A stretch of 64,000 bases of DNA, from positions 1,372 through 65,371 of the forward strand of contig JBJKPN010000120.1 of NCBI GenBank assembly GCA_046706365.1, written 5' to 3'. Position 1 is the stretch's first letter. The number at the start of each line of letters is the position of its first letter. A program made the position numbers and the translations under genes. This DNA comes from Candidatus Kryptoniota bacterium (GTDB taxonomy: Bacteria > Bacteroidota > Ignavibacteria > Kryptoniales > JAKASW01). Positions 10,066 to 19,410 of this stretch are shown piece by piece. The notes beneath the pieces were generated by a model that was given only the letters and a program-made list of their open reading frames with translations, searched no databases and had not been told where the DNA came from.

Positions 10066-10791
10066 ATGCAGATAAAATTTCTCGGAAGATGGAGCTCCAA
10101 CCTCGTGGCAGGTGAAAGGCATGTCTCATTCGTGCTGGACGACACGATCGCATTCGACTTCGGTCCGCATGCACTTGAATCCCTTCTCGACAGAGGTTTG
10201 GATCCAAACAAGATTCGCATCCTGCTCATCAGTCACATGCACCTCGACCACTATATCGGCCTGGCCGAGCTGTTGTGGTACAGGTCGATCTACAATGCAA
10301 AGGAAAAGCTGACTGTTCTCGGACCCGTCGGGATCGGGACTCACACGCAGCTTCTGATGAAGCTGGTGGAGACGCCGCAGATCTGGCATGATAAGCAGAT
10401 AAACCCAAGGACGGAATTTGTCGAGGATTCGGACTTCGAATTCATCCGTGTCTTTCATGCCGACCACTCGGTTCCCTGCAACTCCTATCGCGTCGAGTAC
10501 AAGAAAAGGACAATCTTTTACAGCGGCGATACGGCGTATTCCACGAATGTGGTTGAAGGGGCAACGAATGCCGATTACCTCTTTCATGAGATGACCTATA
10601 CAGACAAAGACAGGAAGCTTGCCGATTTCTGGCGTCATTCCACATACTCGGACGCGATGAGGGTTTATAACGAAAGCGGTGCAAAGCAACTCGTGCCGGT
10701 TCATCTCACACTGGCTACTCACACGATGCTCGCAAAAAAGGTCGGTGTGGTGAGAGGACTGAACTACCCCGCGAATGTTATGGATATCTGA
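10066..10791 (+). CDS. MBL-fold metallo-hydrolase
   Basis: 241 aa with the HxHxDH motif (ISHMHLDHYIG) and downstream His/Asp ligands (FHADHS, YSGDT, LFHEMT, VPVHL). Confidence 0.8.
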   Translation: MQIKFLGRWSSNLVAGERHVSFVLDDTIAFDFGPHALESLLDRGLDPNKIRILLISHMHLDHYIGLAELLWYRSIYNAKEKLTVLGPVGIGTHTQLLMKLVETPQIWHDKQINPRTEFVEDSDFEFIRVFHADHSVPCNSYRVEYKKRTIFYSGDTAYSTNVVEGATNADYLFHEMTYTDKDRKLADFWRHSTYSDAMRVYNESGAKQLVPVHLTLATHTMLAKKVGVVRGLNYPANVMDI

Positions 10792-10801
10792 ATCTCGTTC
10801 T

Positions 10802-10824
10802 ACCTCCACGCAATTAGTGGAGGT
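10802..10824. terminator. Perfect 8-bp stem hairpin between convergent genes (possible bidirectional terminator)
   Basis: ACCTCCAC-gcaatta-GTGGAGGT lies 11 nt after the MBL-hydrolase stop. No U-tract follows on either strand, so terminator function is uncertain. Confidence 0.25.
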
Positions 10825-10939
10825 CACGGTTCGGGTCGGTCGAAAGAACTGTTCCCACGGTACTCCACGATCGATTTTCAACCCGCAGGAGTTGTCGCGA
10901 AGCGGATTCTATTCTGATACTATTTTTGCCGTGTGGTTT

Positions 10940-12184
10940 CTACAGCGCCAGTGCTGCTGGACTCTCCAGTATCTTTTTCAGAGTCTGCATGAACCTTGCA
11001 GAAAGCGCACCGTCGACAACGCGGTGGTCGGACGAGAGTGTCATTCGCATTCGCTTTCCAATCACGATCTGACCGTCTACGACGACCGGTTTTTCGACAA
11101 TCGCTCCGACTGCCAGAATTGCGGCTTCGGGGGGATTAATGATGGCAGTGAACTCATCCACTCCGAACATACCGAGATTGCTGACTGTGAAAGTGCTCCC
11201 GGAATATTCTTCCGGTTTCAACTTCCTCGCGCGTGCACGAGCGGCAATGTCCTTGGACTCAGCGGAAATTTCCCTTAGCCCTTTCATGTCCACGTTTCGT
11301 ATCACGGGAGTGATCAGCCCTTCATCGATAGCAACGGCAACCCCGATGTGAATATCGCCGAAGATTCTTATCCTGTCCTTCATGAAAGTCGCGTTTACTT
11401 CCGGGTGGGTCAGGAGTGCGGCCGCACAAGCCTTCACGATAATGTCGTTGAAGCTTATCTTGTTTTCTTCGTCGAATTTGTTCAGCGACTCGCGGAAGGC
11501 AATCGCATTTTCCATATCGACTTCTACCGTGAGAAAGAAATGCGGAGCTTCGACGTTGCTCTGGCTGAGCCGCTTTGCGATAGATTCGCGCATCATCGAG
11601 AGCGGCTGATCTGTAAAACCGCCCGACGGGACTACGCGGGCCGCATGTCCCGTTGTTCCCGGCACAAATGCTTCGACGTCCCGCTTAATTATTCGTCCGC
11701 TCGTCCCTGTTCCTCTTACATCACCGATCTCGATTCCACGCTCTTTTGCGAGTCTTCTTGCGAGAGGCGATGCCTTAAGCCTTCCGTCGCCCCTTGGTGG
11801 TTCGGCTGTCGCCGGCTGCGAAATCGGCGCGGTCATCGGCCTGGCAGGAGCACCTGTCGCGATCGTCTGTTGGGCGGAGGCCGGCTTCGATTCTTCTTTC
11901 GCCGCGGGAGCCGTCGATTCCGCTGCCATGGCTGAAACGTCCTCGCCTTTGTCGCCGAGAATGCCCAGGAGTCCGCCGACCGGAACACGATCGCCTTCCT
12001 TCGCTATGATCTTCAGGAGTGTTCCCTCATCATAAGCCTCCATGTCCATGTTGGCTTTGTCGGTTTCAACTTCGGCAATGACATCGCCGGGGGCCACCGT
12101 TTCCCCTTCTTTCTTCAACCATTTGATAATTCTGCCCGTGTCCATAGTGTCGCTGAGTTTGGGCATCTGGATCTTAGTTGCCAT
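10940..12184 (-). CDS. pdhC: Dihydrolipoamide acetyltransferase, E2 component of pyruvate dehydrogenase complex
   Basis: Lipoyl domain VETDKANMDMEA, Ala/Pro linker, E3/E1-binding domain ASPLARRLAKERGIEIGDVRGTGTSGRI, and catalytic SSDHRVVDGA. Confidence 0.9.
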   Translation of the reverse strand: MATKIQMPKLSDTMDTGRIIKWLKKEGETVAPGDVIAEVETDKANMDMEAYDEGTLLKIIAKEGDRVPVGGLLGILGDKGEDVSAMAAESTAPAAKEESKPASAQQTIATGAPARPMTAPISQPATAEPPRGDGRLKASPLARRLAKERGIEIGDVRGTGTSGRIIKRDVEAFVPGTTGHAARVVPSGGFTDQPLSMMRESIAKRLSQSNVEAPHFFLTVEVDMENAIAFRESLNKFDEENKISFNDIIVKACAAALLTHPEVNATFMKDRIRIFGDIHIGVAVAIDEGLITPVIRNVDMKGLREISAESKDIAARARARKLKPEEYSGSTFTVSNLGMFGVDEFTAIINPPEAAILAVGAIVEKPVVVDGQIVIGKRMRMTLSSDHRVVDGALSARFMQTLKKILESPAALAL

Positions 12185-12315
12185 TTCCGGTTTGCTCCTT
12201 CAAAACTCTTGAAAAAAATCCGTCACAGAAATTCACAATTAATCAGGAAGAACGCTCAGAGGACTTTTCTTCGTCCCAGTCCTTGCCCTTCCAATGCAAT
12301 CAATACAATGCACTC

Positions 12316-13296
12316 TTATTTCTTGTACAGAGTGCGCTTCGCCGCCGCAATGATCTTCTCGGGAGTCGGGAGGACATTGTGCTCGAGAGTCTTCGAGTAA
12401 GGCATCGGAACGTCTTCCGACGATACAAGTTCAACGGGAGCGTCGAGATAATCGAAGGCCTTAAGAGAAATTCGATAAGCTATTTCGCTGCCGACGCTTG
12501 CAAAGGGCCACGAATCCGTAACCACAATGCATCTGTTCGTCTTCTTGACGCTCTCGATAATAATCTCTTCGTCGAGCGGGCGCACTGTCATCGGATCGAC
12601 AATCTCTGCATCGATACCGTCCTTCGCAAGCTCGTCCGCGGCGTTCATCGAAACCCCGAGCATCTTCGAGTATGCGACAATCGTCAGGTCCCTGCCTTCC
12701 CGCTTCACTTCGGCCTTGCCGAGCGGAATCGTAAACTCACCTTCGGGGACTTCTCCTTTCATCCCGTACATCACTTCGCTTTCCATGAAGATGACCGGGT
12801 TGTCGTCGCGTATAGCGGACTTCAGAAGACCTTTTGCATCCTTCGGTGTTCCGGGCAGTACGACCTTGAGTCCGGGCACGTGGGCATAAATGCTCTCGAG
12901 CGCCTGCGAATGAGTGGCGGCAAGCTGGTGTGCGGCGCCGTTCGGGCCGCGTATGACCATCGGCACCTTGAGCTGGCCGCCCGACATATGACGCATCTTG
13001 GCGGCGTTGTTGATAATCTGGTCGAACGCGACGAGAGAAAAGTTGAATGTCATAACTTCGACTATCGGCCTCAAACCGACCATGGCGGCGCCGACTCCGA
13101 GACCGGTGAATCCCGTCTCCGAGATCGGGGCGTCTATCACCCTCTGCGGTCCGAATTTCTGGAGCAGGCCTTGCGTTACTTTGTATGCACCCTGATACTG
13201 GGCGACTTCCTCACCGACGATGAATATCGAGTCATCGCGTTCCATCTCCTCTGCCATCGCCTGATTGAGTGCTTCTCTGTATGTTAATTCCGGCAT
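12316..13296 (-). CDS. pdhB: Pyruvate dehydrogenase E1 component, beta subunit
   Basis: 326 aa. MPELTYREALNQAMAEEMERDDSIFIVGEEVAQYQGAYKVTQGL is typical of transketolase-like E1 beta. It lies downstream of E1 alpha and upstream of E2. Confidence 0.92.
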   Translation of the reverse strand: MPELTYREALNQAMAEEMERDDSIFIVGEEVAQYQGAYKVTQGLLQKFGPQRVIDAPISETGFTGLGVGAAMVGLRPIVEVMTFNFSLVAFDQIINNAAKMRHMSGGQLKVPMVIRGPNGAAHQLAATHSQALESIYAHVPGLKVVLPGTPKDAKGLLKSAIRDDNPVIFMESEVMYGMKGEVPEGEFTIPLGKAEVKREGRDLTIVAYSKMLGVSMNAADELAKDGIDAEIVDPMTVRPLDEEIIIESVKKTNRCIVVTDSWPFASVGSEIAYRISLKAFDYLDAPVELVSSEDVPMPYSKTLEHNVLPTPEKIIAAAKRTLYKK

Positions 13297-13328
13297 TTAT
13301 TGAAACTCCTGATAATTGATTTCTCTGA

Positions 13329-14330
13329 TTAGACGTAAATGTCGTCGTACATAGATTCGAGAGGGGGTTCCGGACTGTTCTCCGCGAACTCCACACACTC
13401 GGCGACGGTCTTCTTGACATCCGCCTCGACGTTGTCGATTTCCTTCTGAGTAGCGATTTTCTCATCGAGAAGGAATCTCTTCATCTGCTCGACGGGGTCC
13501 CTGCGCTTCTCTTCTTCAACTTCCTGCTTGGTCCTGTAAATCGAATCGGGGTCCGACATGGAATGGCCGCGGTACCGATAAGTCCTCAGCTCAAGCAACG
13601 TCGGAAGGCTCAACTCCCGGGCCTTCTTGGCAGCTTCCTTCACGGCATCATAAACCGAGAATACGTTCATCCCGTCGGCAACCATTCCTTCAATCCCGTA
13701 CGAGCAGCCTCTCTTGTATAACTCGGTAACAGCCGAAGCCCGCTCCACTGCGGTTCCCATTCCGTACATGTTGTTCTCGACGATGTAAACAACCGGGAGT
13801 TTCCACAACGCTGCAAGGTTGAGCGACTCATGGAAGCTGCCCTGGTTCATCGCGGCGTCACCCATGAAAGTCAGACAAACACGGGCTTCCTTCCTGTATT
13901 TTATCTTGAATGCGATTCCAGTTCCGAGCGGTATCTGCCCGCCTACGATAGCGTGTCCGCCGAGCATATTCTTCGCAGCATTGAAGAAATGCATCGATCC
14001 GCCTTTCCCTTTGCTCGATCCGGTATATTTGCCGTACAGCTCGGCCATCAACACTTTCGGGTCGGTACCTTTGGCGATCGCGTGACCGTGGTCCCGGTAT
14101 GCTGTAATCAGGTAATCGTCTTCATGCGTGGCGGCTACCGAACCGACGGCTACCGCTTCCTGACCGATATAAAGATGAAGAAAGCCGCTGATCTTCTGCA
14201 TGCTGTAAGCCTTCGCTGAGGCTTCTTCGAAGCGCCGTATCAATACCATTGTGTGGTACATCTCGACCAATTTATTTCTGCCCAGACTTAAATATTCTTC
14301 CATGTTTGTCTCGACTTCAAAGTCGCTCAT
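13329..14330 (-). CDS. pdhA: Pyruvate dehydrogenase E1 component, alpha subunit (ThDP-binding)
   Basis: 333 aa with RRFEE, GFLHLYIGQEA, the ThDP motif GDAAMNQGSFHESLNLAAL...VENNMYGMGT, and YRYRGHSMSDP. Confidence 0.92.
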   Translation of the reverse strand: MSDFEVETNMEEYLSLGRNKLVEMYHTMVLIRRFEEASAKAYSMQKISGFLHLYIGQEAVAVGSVAATHEDDYLITAYRDHGHAIAKGTDPKVLMAELYGKYTGSSKGKGGSMHFFNAAKNMLGGHAIVGGQIPLGTGIAFKIKYRKEARVCLTFMGDAAMNQGSFHESLNLAALWKLPVVYIVENNMYGMGTAVERASAVTELYKRGCSYGIEGMVADGMNVFSVYDAVKEAAKKARELSLPTLLELRTYRYRGHSMSDPDSIYRTKQEVEEEKRRDPVEQMKRFLLDEKIATQKEIDNVEADVKKTVAECVEFAENSPEPPLESMYDDIYV

Positions 14331-14351
14331 CTATCTATTCTCCGTAATTGT

Positions 14352-15236
14352 TTATTGTACTATCTGCTCGTCGGCATGGTACGAACTTCGAACCAGTGGT
14401 CCCGATTCGACGAATTTGAATCCCATCTCGAGTCCGGTATTTTTGTACATCTCGAACTCGTCCGGCGTGACGTACCTGTCTATCGGGAGATGTTCCTTCG
14501 TGGGCTGGAGATACTGACCGACCGTGAGTATGTCCACACGGGACTTTCTCAGGTCCTTCATGACCTCGAGCACCTCTTCCGGCTTCTCTCCTATTCCGAC
14601 CATCACGCCGCTTTTTGTAACCAAGCCGTGTTCCTTGAAATACTCCAAAACCTCCAACGACCTCTCATACTTCGCCTGCGGCCTCACGATGCTGTAGAGC
14701 CTCGGGACAGTCTCGACATTGTGATTCAAAATGTCGGGAGCAGAATCGACCACGATATCGAGGGCAAGCTTTTCGCCTTTGAAGTCGGGTATGAGAATCT
14801 CAATCCTGCACTTCGGCTCTCTGATCCGGATCTGTCTGATAGTCTCGGCAAAGATCGAGGCGCCCCCGTCGTTCAGTTCGTCCCTGTTGACGGAAGTTAT
14901 CACGACATGACGAAGTCTCATGGACGCCACCGCCTCGGCCACGCGGCGAGGCTCGTCGGTGTCGAGCACGGTCGGACGGCCGGTCTTCACCGCACAGAAA
15001 CCGCAGCTCCGTGTGCATACATCGCCGAGTATCATGAAGGTCGCAGTTCCGCGTCCCCAGCATTCGCCCAGGTTCGGGCAATGGGCCTCTTCGCACACCG
15101 TGTGGAGCTGCTTCCCGCGCATCAGGCCCAGCAACTTAGTGTAGTTCTCCCCATACGGGAGTTTCGCTCGAATCCATTCGGGCCTCCTCGGTCGGGGCTT
15201 TTCCTCTATTAAAATATTATCGTCCTTGTCTTTCAT
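14352..15236 (-). CDS. lipA: Lipoyl synthase (radical SAM)
   Basis: Auxiliary cluster [12 protein letters not shown] and the radical-SAM motif [10 protein letters not shown]. Length is 294 aa. Confidence 0.95.
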   Translation of the reverse strand: MKDKDDNILIEEKPRPRRPEWIRAKLPYGENYTKLLGLMRGKQLHTVCEEAHCPNLGECWGRGTATFMILGDVCTRSCGFCAVKTGRPTVLDTDEPRRVAEAVASMRLRHVVITSVNRDELNDGGASIFAETIRQIRIREPKCRIEILIPDFKGEKLALDIVVDSAPDILNHNVETVPRLYSIVRPQAKYERSLEVLEYFKEHGLVTKSGVMVGIGEKPEEVLEVMKDLRKSRVDILTVGQYLQPTKEHLPIDRYVTPDEFEMYKNTGLEMGFKFVESGPLVRSSYHADEQIVQ

Positions 15237-15311
15237 ACATCAATCTCTAAACTCAAATTTTAAATTCGCCAATCGAATATTTCAGCTCATTAACATTCGC
15301 GGTCTTCACTG

Positions 15312-16601
15312 TCACGAAACCTGGTTTGTATCGAAATTTTCCAGGTACTCGACGATTCGCTCCAGGAACCGTCCTCCGAGGGCGCCGTCCACGAGCCGGT
15401 GATCGAACGAGAGTGTCAGGAAGCCCATCTGCCTGATCGCGATCGCATCGTTTATGACCACAGGTCTCTTCTTCACCGCGCCGACGCCCAGGATTGCCAC
15501 GTTCGGCTGGTTTATTATCGGCGTTCCCATCAGGTTTCCGAACACGCCGTAATTTGTAATCGAGAAAGTCGATCCGATCGTGTCGTCTCCGGTAAGCCGT
15601 TTCGTCCTTGCGCGCGTCGCAACATCCTTGATCGCCCTTGCAAGTCCGAGGACATTCTTCTCATCGGCCTGTTTGATGACGGGCACGAGCAGTCCTGTTG
15701 TTTCGACTGCGACCGCGATTCCCAGGTTCACATAGTTGTGCTGGATTACGTTCGTCCCGTCGATGCTGCTGTTCACGAGCGGGAAGTCCTTCAGCGCCTT
15801 GACGACAGCGTGCGAGATGAAAGGCATGAAGGTAAGCGGGAATCCTTCGTGCTTCTGAAAATCGTCGCCATTTTTCGAAATGTAGTCCGCTATGGACGTC
15901 ATATCGACTTCCGTTATGGCTGCAACATGAACCGACGTGTCGCGGCTCGACACCATATGCTCCATTATCCGCTGGCGCATATTGTCCATCGGAATCGCCT
16001 TCTCCCTTGCCGAATCAGCCTTCACTTGCGGTTGGACCGGCCGGCCCGGAATCGCTTTCGCAGCTTTCACCGGAGAAGAAGTCCGGCTCTCTACATACCG
16101 GATGACATCCTCTTTTGTAATCCGGCCGCCGGCACCAGTGCCGTCCAGCCCTGTCAGTTCATCCAGGGAAATTCCTTCGGTCTTCGCGATGTTCTTAACC
16201 AGTGGCGAAAAGAACCTGTCACCATTATGACCGTTGGCGGGTGCGGTCAACTGGTTCCTTCTCACAGCACGGTTGCGCGGTGACACGGCCTCTTCATCGG
16301 CCATCTGATTTACTTCCGATTCGGCAACCGGAGCTTCCTCAGCCCGCGACGATTCCTGTCCGGCTCCCGTCTCAATGTACGCGATGATGGATCCGACCTC
16401 GGCCGTCTCCTGCTCCTGCACCAGCACCTTCGACAGAACACCGGCGGTTGAAGACGGTATTTCCGTATCGACTTTGTCGGTGCTGATTTCGAGCAGAACT
16501 TCGTCCCGGTCGATTTTCTCGCCGGTTTTCTTGAGCCACTTGACAATCTTGCCTTCAGTGATGCTCTCACCCATCTTCGGCATTAGGACCGCGACTTGCA
16601 T
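15312..16601 (-). CDS. 2-oxoacid dehydrogenase E2 (dihydrolipoamide acyltransferase), probably branched-chain type
   Basis: Lipoyl domain ISTDKVDTEIPS, peripheral subunit-binding domain SPLVKNIAKTEGISLDELTGLDGTGAGGRITKEDV, and catalytic SFDHRLVDGA. Confidence 0.88.
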   Translation of the reverse strand: MQVAVLMPKMGESITEGKIVKWLKKTGEKIDRDEVLLEISTDKVDTEIPSSTAGVLSKVLVQEQETAEVGSIIAYIETGAGQESSRAEEAPVAESEVNQMADEEAVSPRNRAVRRNQLTAPANGHNGDRFFSPLVKNIAKTEGISLDELTGLDGTGAGGRITKEDVIRYVESRTSSPVKAAKAIPGRPVQPQVKADSAREKAIPMDNMRQRIMEHMVSSRDTSVHVAAITEVDMTSIADYISKNGDDFQKHEGFPLTFMPFISHAVVKALKDFPLVNSSIDGTNVIQHNYVNLGIAVAVETTGLLVPVIKQADEKNVLGLARAIKDVATRARTKRLTGDDTIGSTFSITNYGVFGNLMGTPIINQPNVAILGVGAVKKRPVVINDAIAIRQMGFLTLSFDHRLVDGALGGRFLERIVEYLENFDTNQVS

Positions 16602-16616
16602 GGTATCTCCTCCTCC

Positions 16617-18698
16617 TTAATAACCGGCAAGTTCTTCAAGAACCGCCAGGACCTGAGCCTCAGTGGGGAGAATGGCGGGTTCCAGGGTAGGGCTGTAAGG
16701 AATTGGAAAGTCTTTGGCAGTGATTCGCCTGATCGGCGCATCAAGGTGTTCGAACGCCTCCTCGGCGATGATACTGGACACCTCGGCTGCAAAGCCGCTC
16801 GTGCGCGTATCCTCGCTCAATACGAGGACCCTGTTGGTTTTCTTCACACTCTCGAAAACAGTTTCCTTGTCGAACGGTACTATCGTGCGAAGGTCTACGA
16901 CCTCCACTTCAGTTCCCCGCTCCGCAAGCTTCCTGGCGGCGTTCAATGCCAGATAGACCATCGCGCCGTACGTCACCACAGTGATATCTTTGCCTTCCCT
17001 GCGGATCGACGCTTTCCCGAAAGGAATAAGATAATCGTCTTCCGGTTCGGGACTCATCGCGTAACTCTGGCGGTAAAGTCCCTTGTGCTCCAGGAACATC
17101 ACGGGGTCTTCCAGTCTCACTGCCGTTTTAAGAAGGCCCTTCGCATCTGCCGACGTGGACGGATATGCGATGTAGAGTCCCGGACAATGCGAGAAGAGAC
17201 TTTCGATGCTCTGGCTGTGGTAGTGACCTCCGTGTATATATCCGCCGACCGGCACTCGTATCACCATAGGACACGCCCAGCTGTTGTTCGAGCGATATCT
17301 CATCATCCCGACTTCATTTCTCAGCTGCATCATCGCCGGGAAAATGTAATCTGCAAATTGTATTTCTACGACGGGCTTGAAGCCGCGGACGGAGGCGCCG
17401 AATGCAGTCCCGATTATGCTTGCTTCGGCGAGCTGTGAATTGAAAACTCTCTCTCTGCCGAATTTGGTGGAAAGTCCTTTGGTCGCAGTGAACACGCCGC
17501 CCTTGCCATCTTCGACGTCCTCCCCCCAGATAAGCATCTTCGGGTTCTTCAGCATTTCTTCATGGAGCGCATGGTTTATTGCATCCACCATTACGATCTT
17601 CTTGCCTGAAGGCGCACTCTTTTCAAATTCAAAATCAGAATATCTCTCCGGCGGAGCGAAAAGGTGTTTTGTCACAGTCGAAGGATCCGGCAAAGGACGC
17701 GACTCCGCCCAATCAGCAGCCTCGTCCACCCGTTTCTTAGTCTCCTTCTGAATATTCTCCACGTCGGAACGTGAAAGTATCTGCTCCGAAACCAGATGTG
17801 CTTCCATTACCAGTATGGGATCCCGGGCATGGTCTTTTTCTATTTCATCCTTCGGTCTGTATTTCCGGTCGTCATCGGATGAGGAATGCGAGAGAAGCCT
17901 GACGACATCGGCTACTATGATACTCGGACCCTCGCCTCTCCTGGCACGTGCCACCGCCTCTTTAGCCGCGCCGAAGCTCTCTCGAAAATCGGTGCCGTTG
18001 ACTTTGAAGCGCGCAAGATTCTCATAACCATTCGCAATCTCGTAGACCGAACCGCCGGCTGTCTGCTGCCATTCAGGAACGCTGATGGCATAGTGGTTGT
18101 CCTCTATGCAGAAGATCACCGGGAGCTTTTCTCTCGACGCCCAGTTCAGCGCCTCCGAGAATTCACCTTCACTCGTTGCCCCTTCGCCGGAGGAGACATA
18201 CACTACCTGGTCCTTCCGATCCTTCACGCATGCCATCGCGGTCCCGACTGCCTGGAGGAATTGCGTGCCTGTCGGGCTCGACTGAGTGGGTATATTCAAG
18301 GACGGCTTCCCGTAATGACCCGGCATCTGTCGTCCGCCGGTCATAACGTCCTCTGCCCTGTGCAGCTCCGCCAGCATGATTTCCTCCGGCGTGAAACCGA
18401 TGCCGATCGCAAAACCGAGCCCGCGGTAATACGGATACGCCCAGTCGTAACCGGGTTTGAGGTTCATGGAACACGCGACCTGCACGGCCTCGTGACCGGA
18501 TCCGCCTATATGGAAAAAAGCTTTCCCCTGCTTGAGCAGCGCCAGCTCTTTCTCATCGAGCCTGCGCGCGAGAAGCATGAGCTTGTAAGCGTCGATAAGT
18601 TGTTCGTGAGTTAACGGACCTTCCGCCAATTCGACGGCGACTTCGCCTTTGCCGTTCGTTTTTTCGGCCTGTTTGGCATCCTTCTTAATTGGAGGCAT
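16617..18698 (-). CDS. 2-oxoacid dehydrogenase E1 component, fused alpha-beta subunits (probably branched-chain 2-oxoacid dehydrogenase)
   Basis: 693 aa. The N-terminal half is E1-alpha-like (GSGHEA, SSGEGATSEGEFSEALNWA). The C-terminal half is E1-beta-like (ITMVDAINHALHEEM, VFNSQLAEASIIG). Confidence 0.88.
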   Translation of the reverse strand: MPPIKKDAKQAEKTNGKGEVAVELAEGPLTHEQLIDAYKLMLLARRLDEKELALLKQGKAFFHIGGSGHEAVQVACSMNLKPGYDWAYPYYRGLGFAIGIGFTPEEIMLAELHRAEDVMTGGRQMPGHYGKPSLNIPTQSSPTGTQFLQAVGTAMACVKDRKDQVVYVSSGEGATSEGEFSEALNWASREKLPVIFCIEDNHYAISVPEWQQTAGGSVYEIANGYENLARFKVNGTDFRESFGAAKEAVARARRGEGPSIIVADVVRLLSHSSSDDDRKYRPKDEIEKDHARDPILVMEAHLVSEQILSRSDVENIQKETKKRVDEAADWAESRPLPDPSTVTKHLFAPPERYSDFEFEKSAPSGKKIVMVDAINHALHEEMLKNPKMLIWGEDVEDGKGGVFTATKGLSTKFGRERVFNSQLAEASIIGTAFGASVRGFKPVVEIQFADYIFPAMMQLRNEVGMMRYRSNNSWACPMVIRVPVGGYIHGGHYHSQSIESLFSHCPGLYIAYPSTSADAKGLLKTAVRLEDPVMFLEHKGLYRQSYAMSPEPEDDYLIPFGKASIRREGKDITVVTYGAMVYLALNAARKLAERGTEVEVVDLRTIVPFDKETVFESVKKTNRVLVLSEDTRTSGFAAEVSSIIAEEAFEHLDAPIRRITAKDFPIPYSPTLEPAILPTEAQVLAVLEELAGY

Positions 18699-19410
18699 GT
18701 TCCTTCTCCATCTCTATCTGGTATTCTTCCAACAGTTGCGCCCTGCCGACCGGCGTCACTTCTGTTTGAAATACACCGGCAAGCTCTTCGGCAACCACAT
18801 TCTTCACCTCCTGCATGTCGACAACCTTCTCAAGAAGCTGCGACAGCGATGTGACTCCCTTGTGAAAAATTCCGCACGGAATGATTCTTCCGAAGTAGGA
18901 GAGATCGGTATTGACATTGAAAGCGAAGCCGTGCATCGTGACCCACCGGCTCACTTTCACACCGATGGCGCAGACCTTCTCGCTGCCGACCCAGACGCCC
19001 GTATACTCGGGCTCCCTGTGACCTTCGACTCCGTAACGGGCGAGTGTCCTTATCACAACTTCTTCGAGATCCCTCAGGTACCTGTGAACGTCCCGGTAAT
19101 AACCGTCGAGGTCGATTATCGGATAGCAGACAATCTGGCCCGGCCCGTGATACGTTATGTCCCCGCCCCGGTCTATCTTGAAGACATCGACGTTCTTCTC
19201 TTTGAGTTCCTGTTCGGAAGCGAGAAGATGGTCATCTCCCCCGGACTTTCCGATCGTATAAGTGTTCGAGTGCTCTGTCAGAAGGACGACATCTGGAATC
19301 TTGTGGAGGACGCGGGCCTGGTGGATCGTCTTCTGCAATTCCCAGGCGTAAGCGTAATCGGTGGTGCCTATATCTGTAAGTAGAACTCTTCTCAATTCTC
19401 TTGGCTTCAA
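18685..19410 (-). CDS. lipB: Lipoyl(octanoyl) transferase
   Basis: RGGDITYHGPGQIVCYPI and KVCAIGVKVSRWVTMHGFAFNV are LipB signatures. The ORF uses a TTG start at 19410 that overlaps the lpd stop. Confidence 0.88.
   Translation of the reverse strand: MKPRELRRVLLTDIGTTDYAYAWELQKTIHQARVLHKIPDVVLLTEHSNTYTIGKSGGDDHLLASEQELKEKNVDVFKIDRGGDITYHGPGQIVCYPIIDLDGYYRDVHRYLRDLEEVVIRTLARYGVEGHREPEYTGVWVGSEKVCAIGVKVSRWVTMHGFAFNVNTDLSYFGRIIPCGIFHKGVTSLSQLLEKVVDMQEVKNVVAEELAGVFQTEVTPVGRAQLLEEYQIEMEKEHASN

Noticed and set aside
12178-13287. Very long antisense ORFs covering real genes. Examples: 12178..13287, 3837..4925, 36386..37345, 14355..15212, 15399..16283, 16596..17438, 42740..43528, 48736..49512, 10126..10881, 18649..19383, 24948..25643, 28729..29424, 52093..52788
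   Set aside because: Each lies opposite a gene with unambiguous family motifs, and their translations are Arg/His/Cys-rich with no motifs. Such shadow ORFs are expected when TTA, CTA and TCA codons are rare in the sense frame. I found no evidence for antisense coding.
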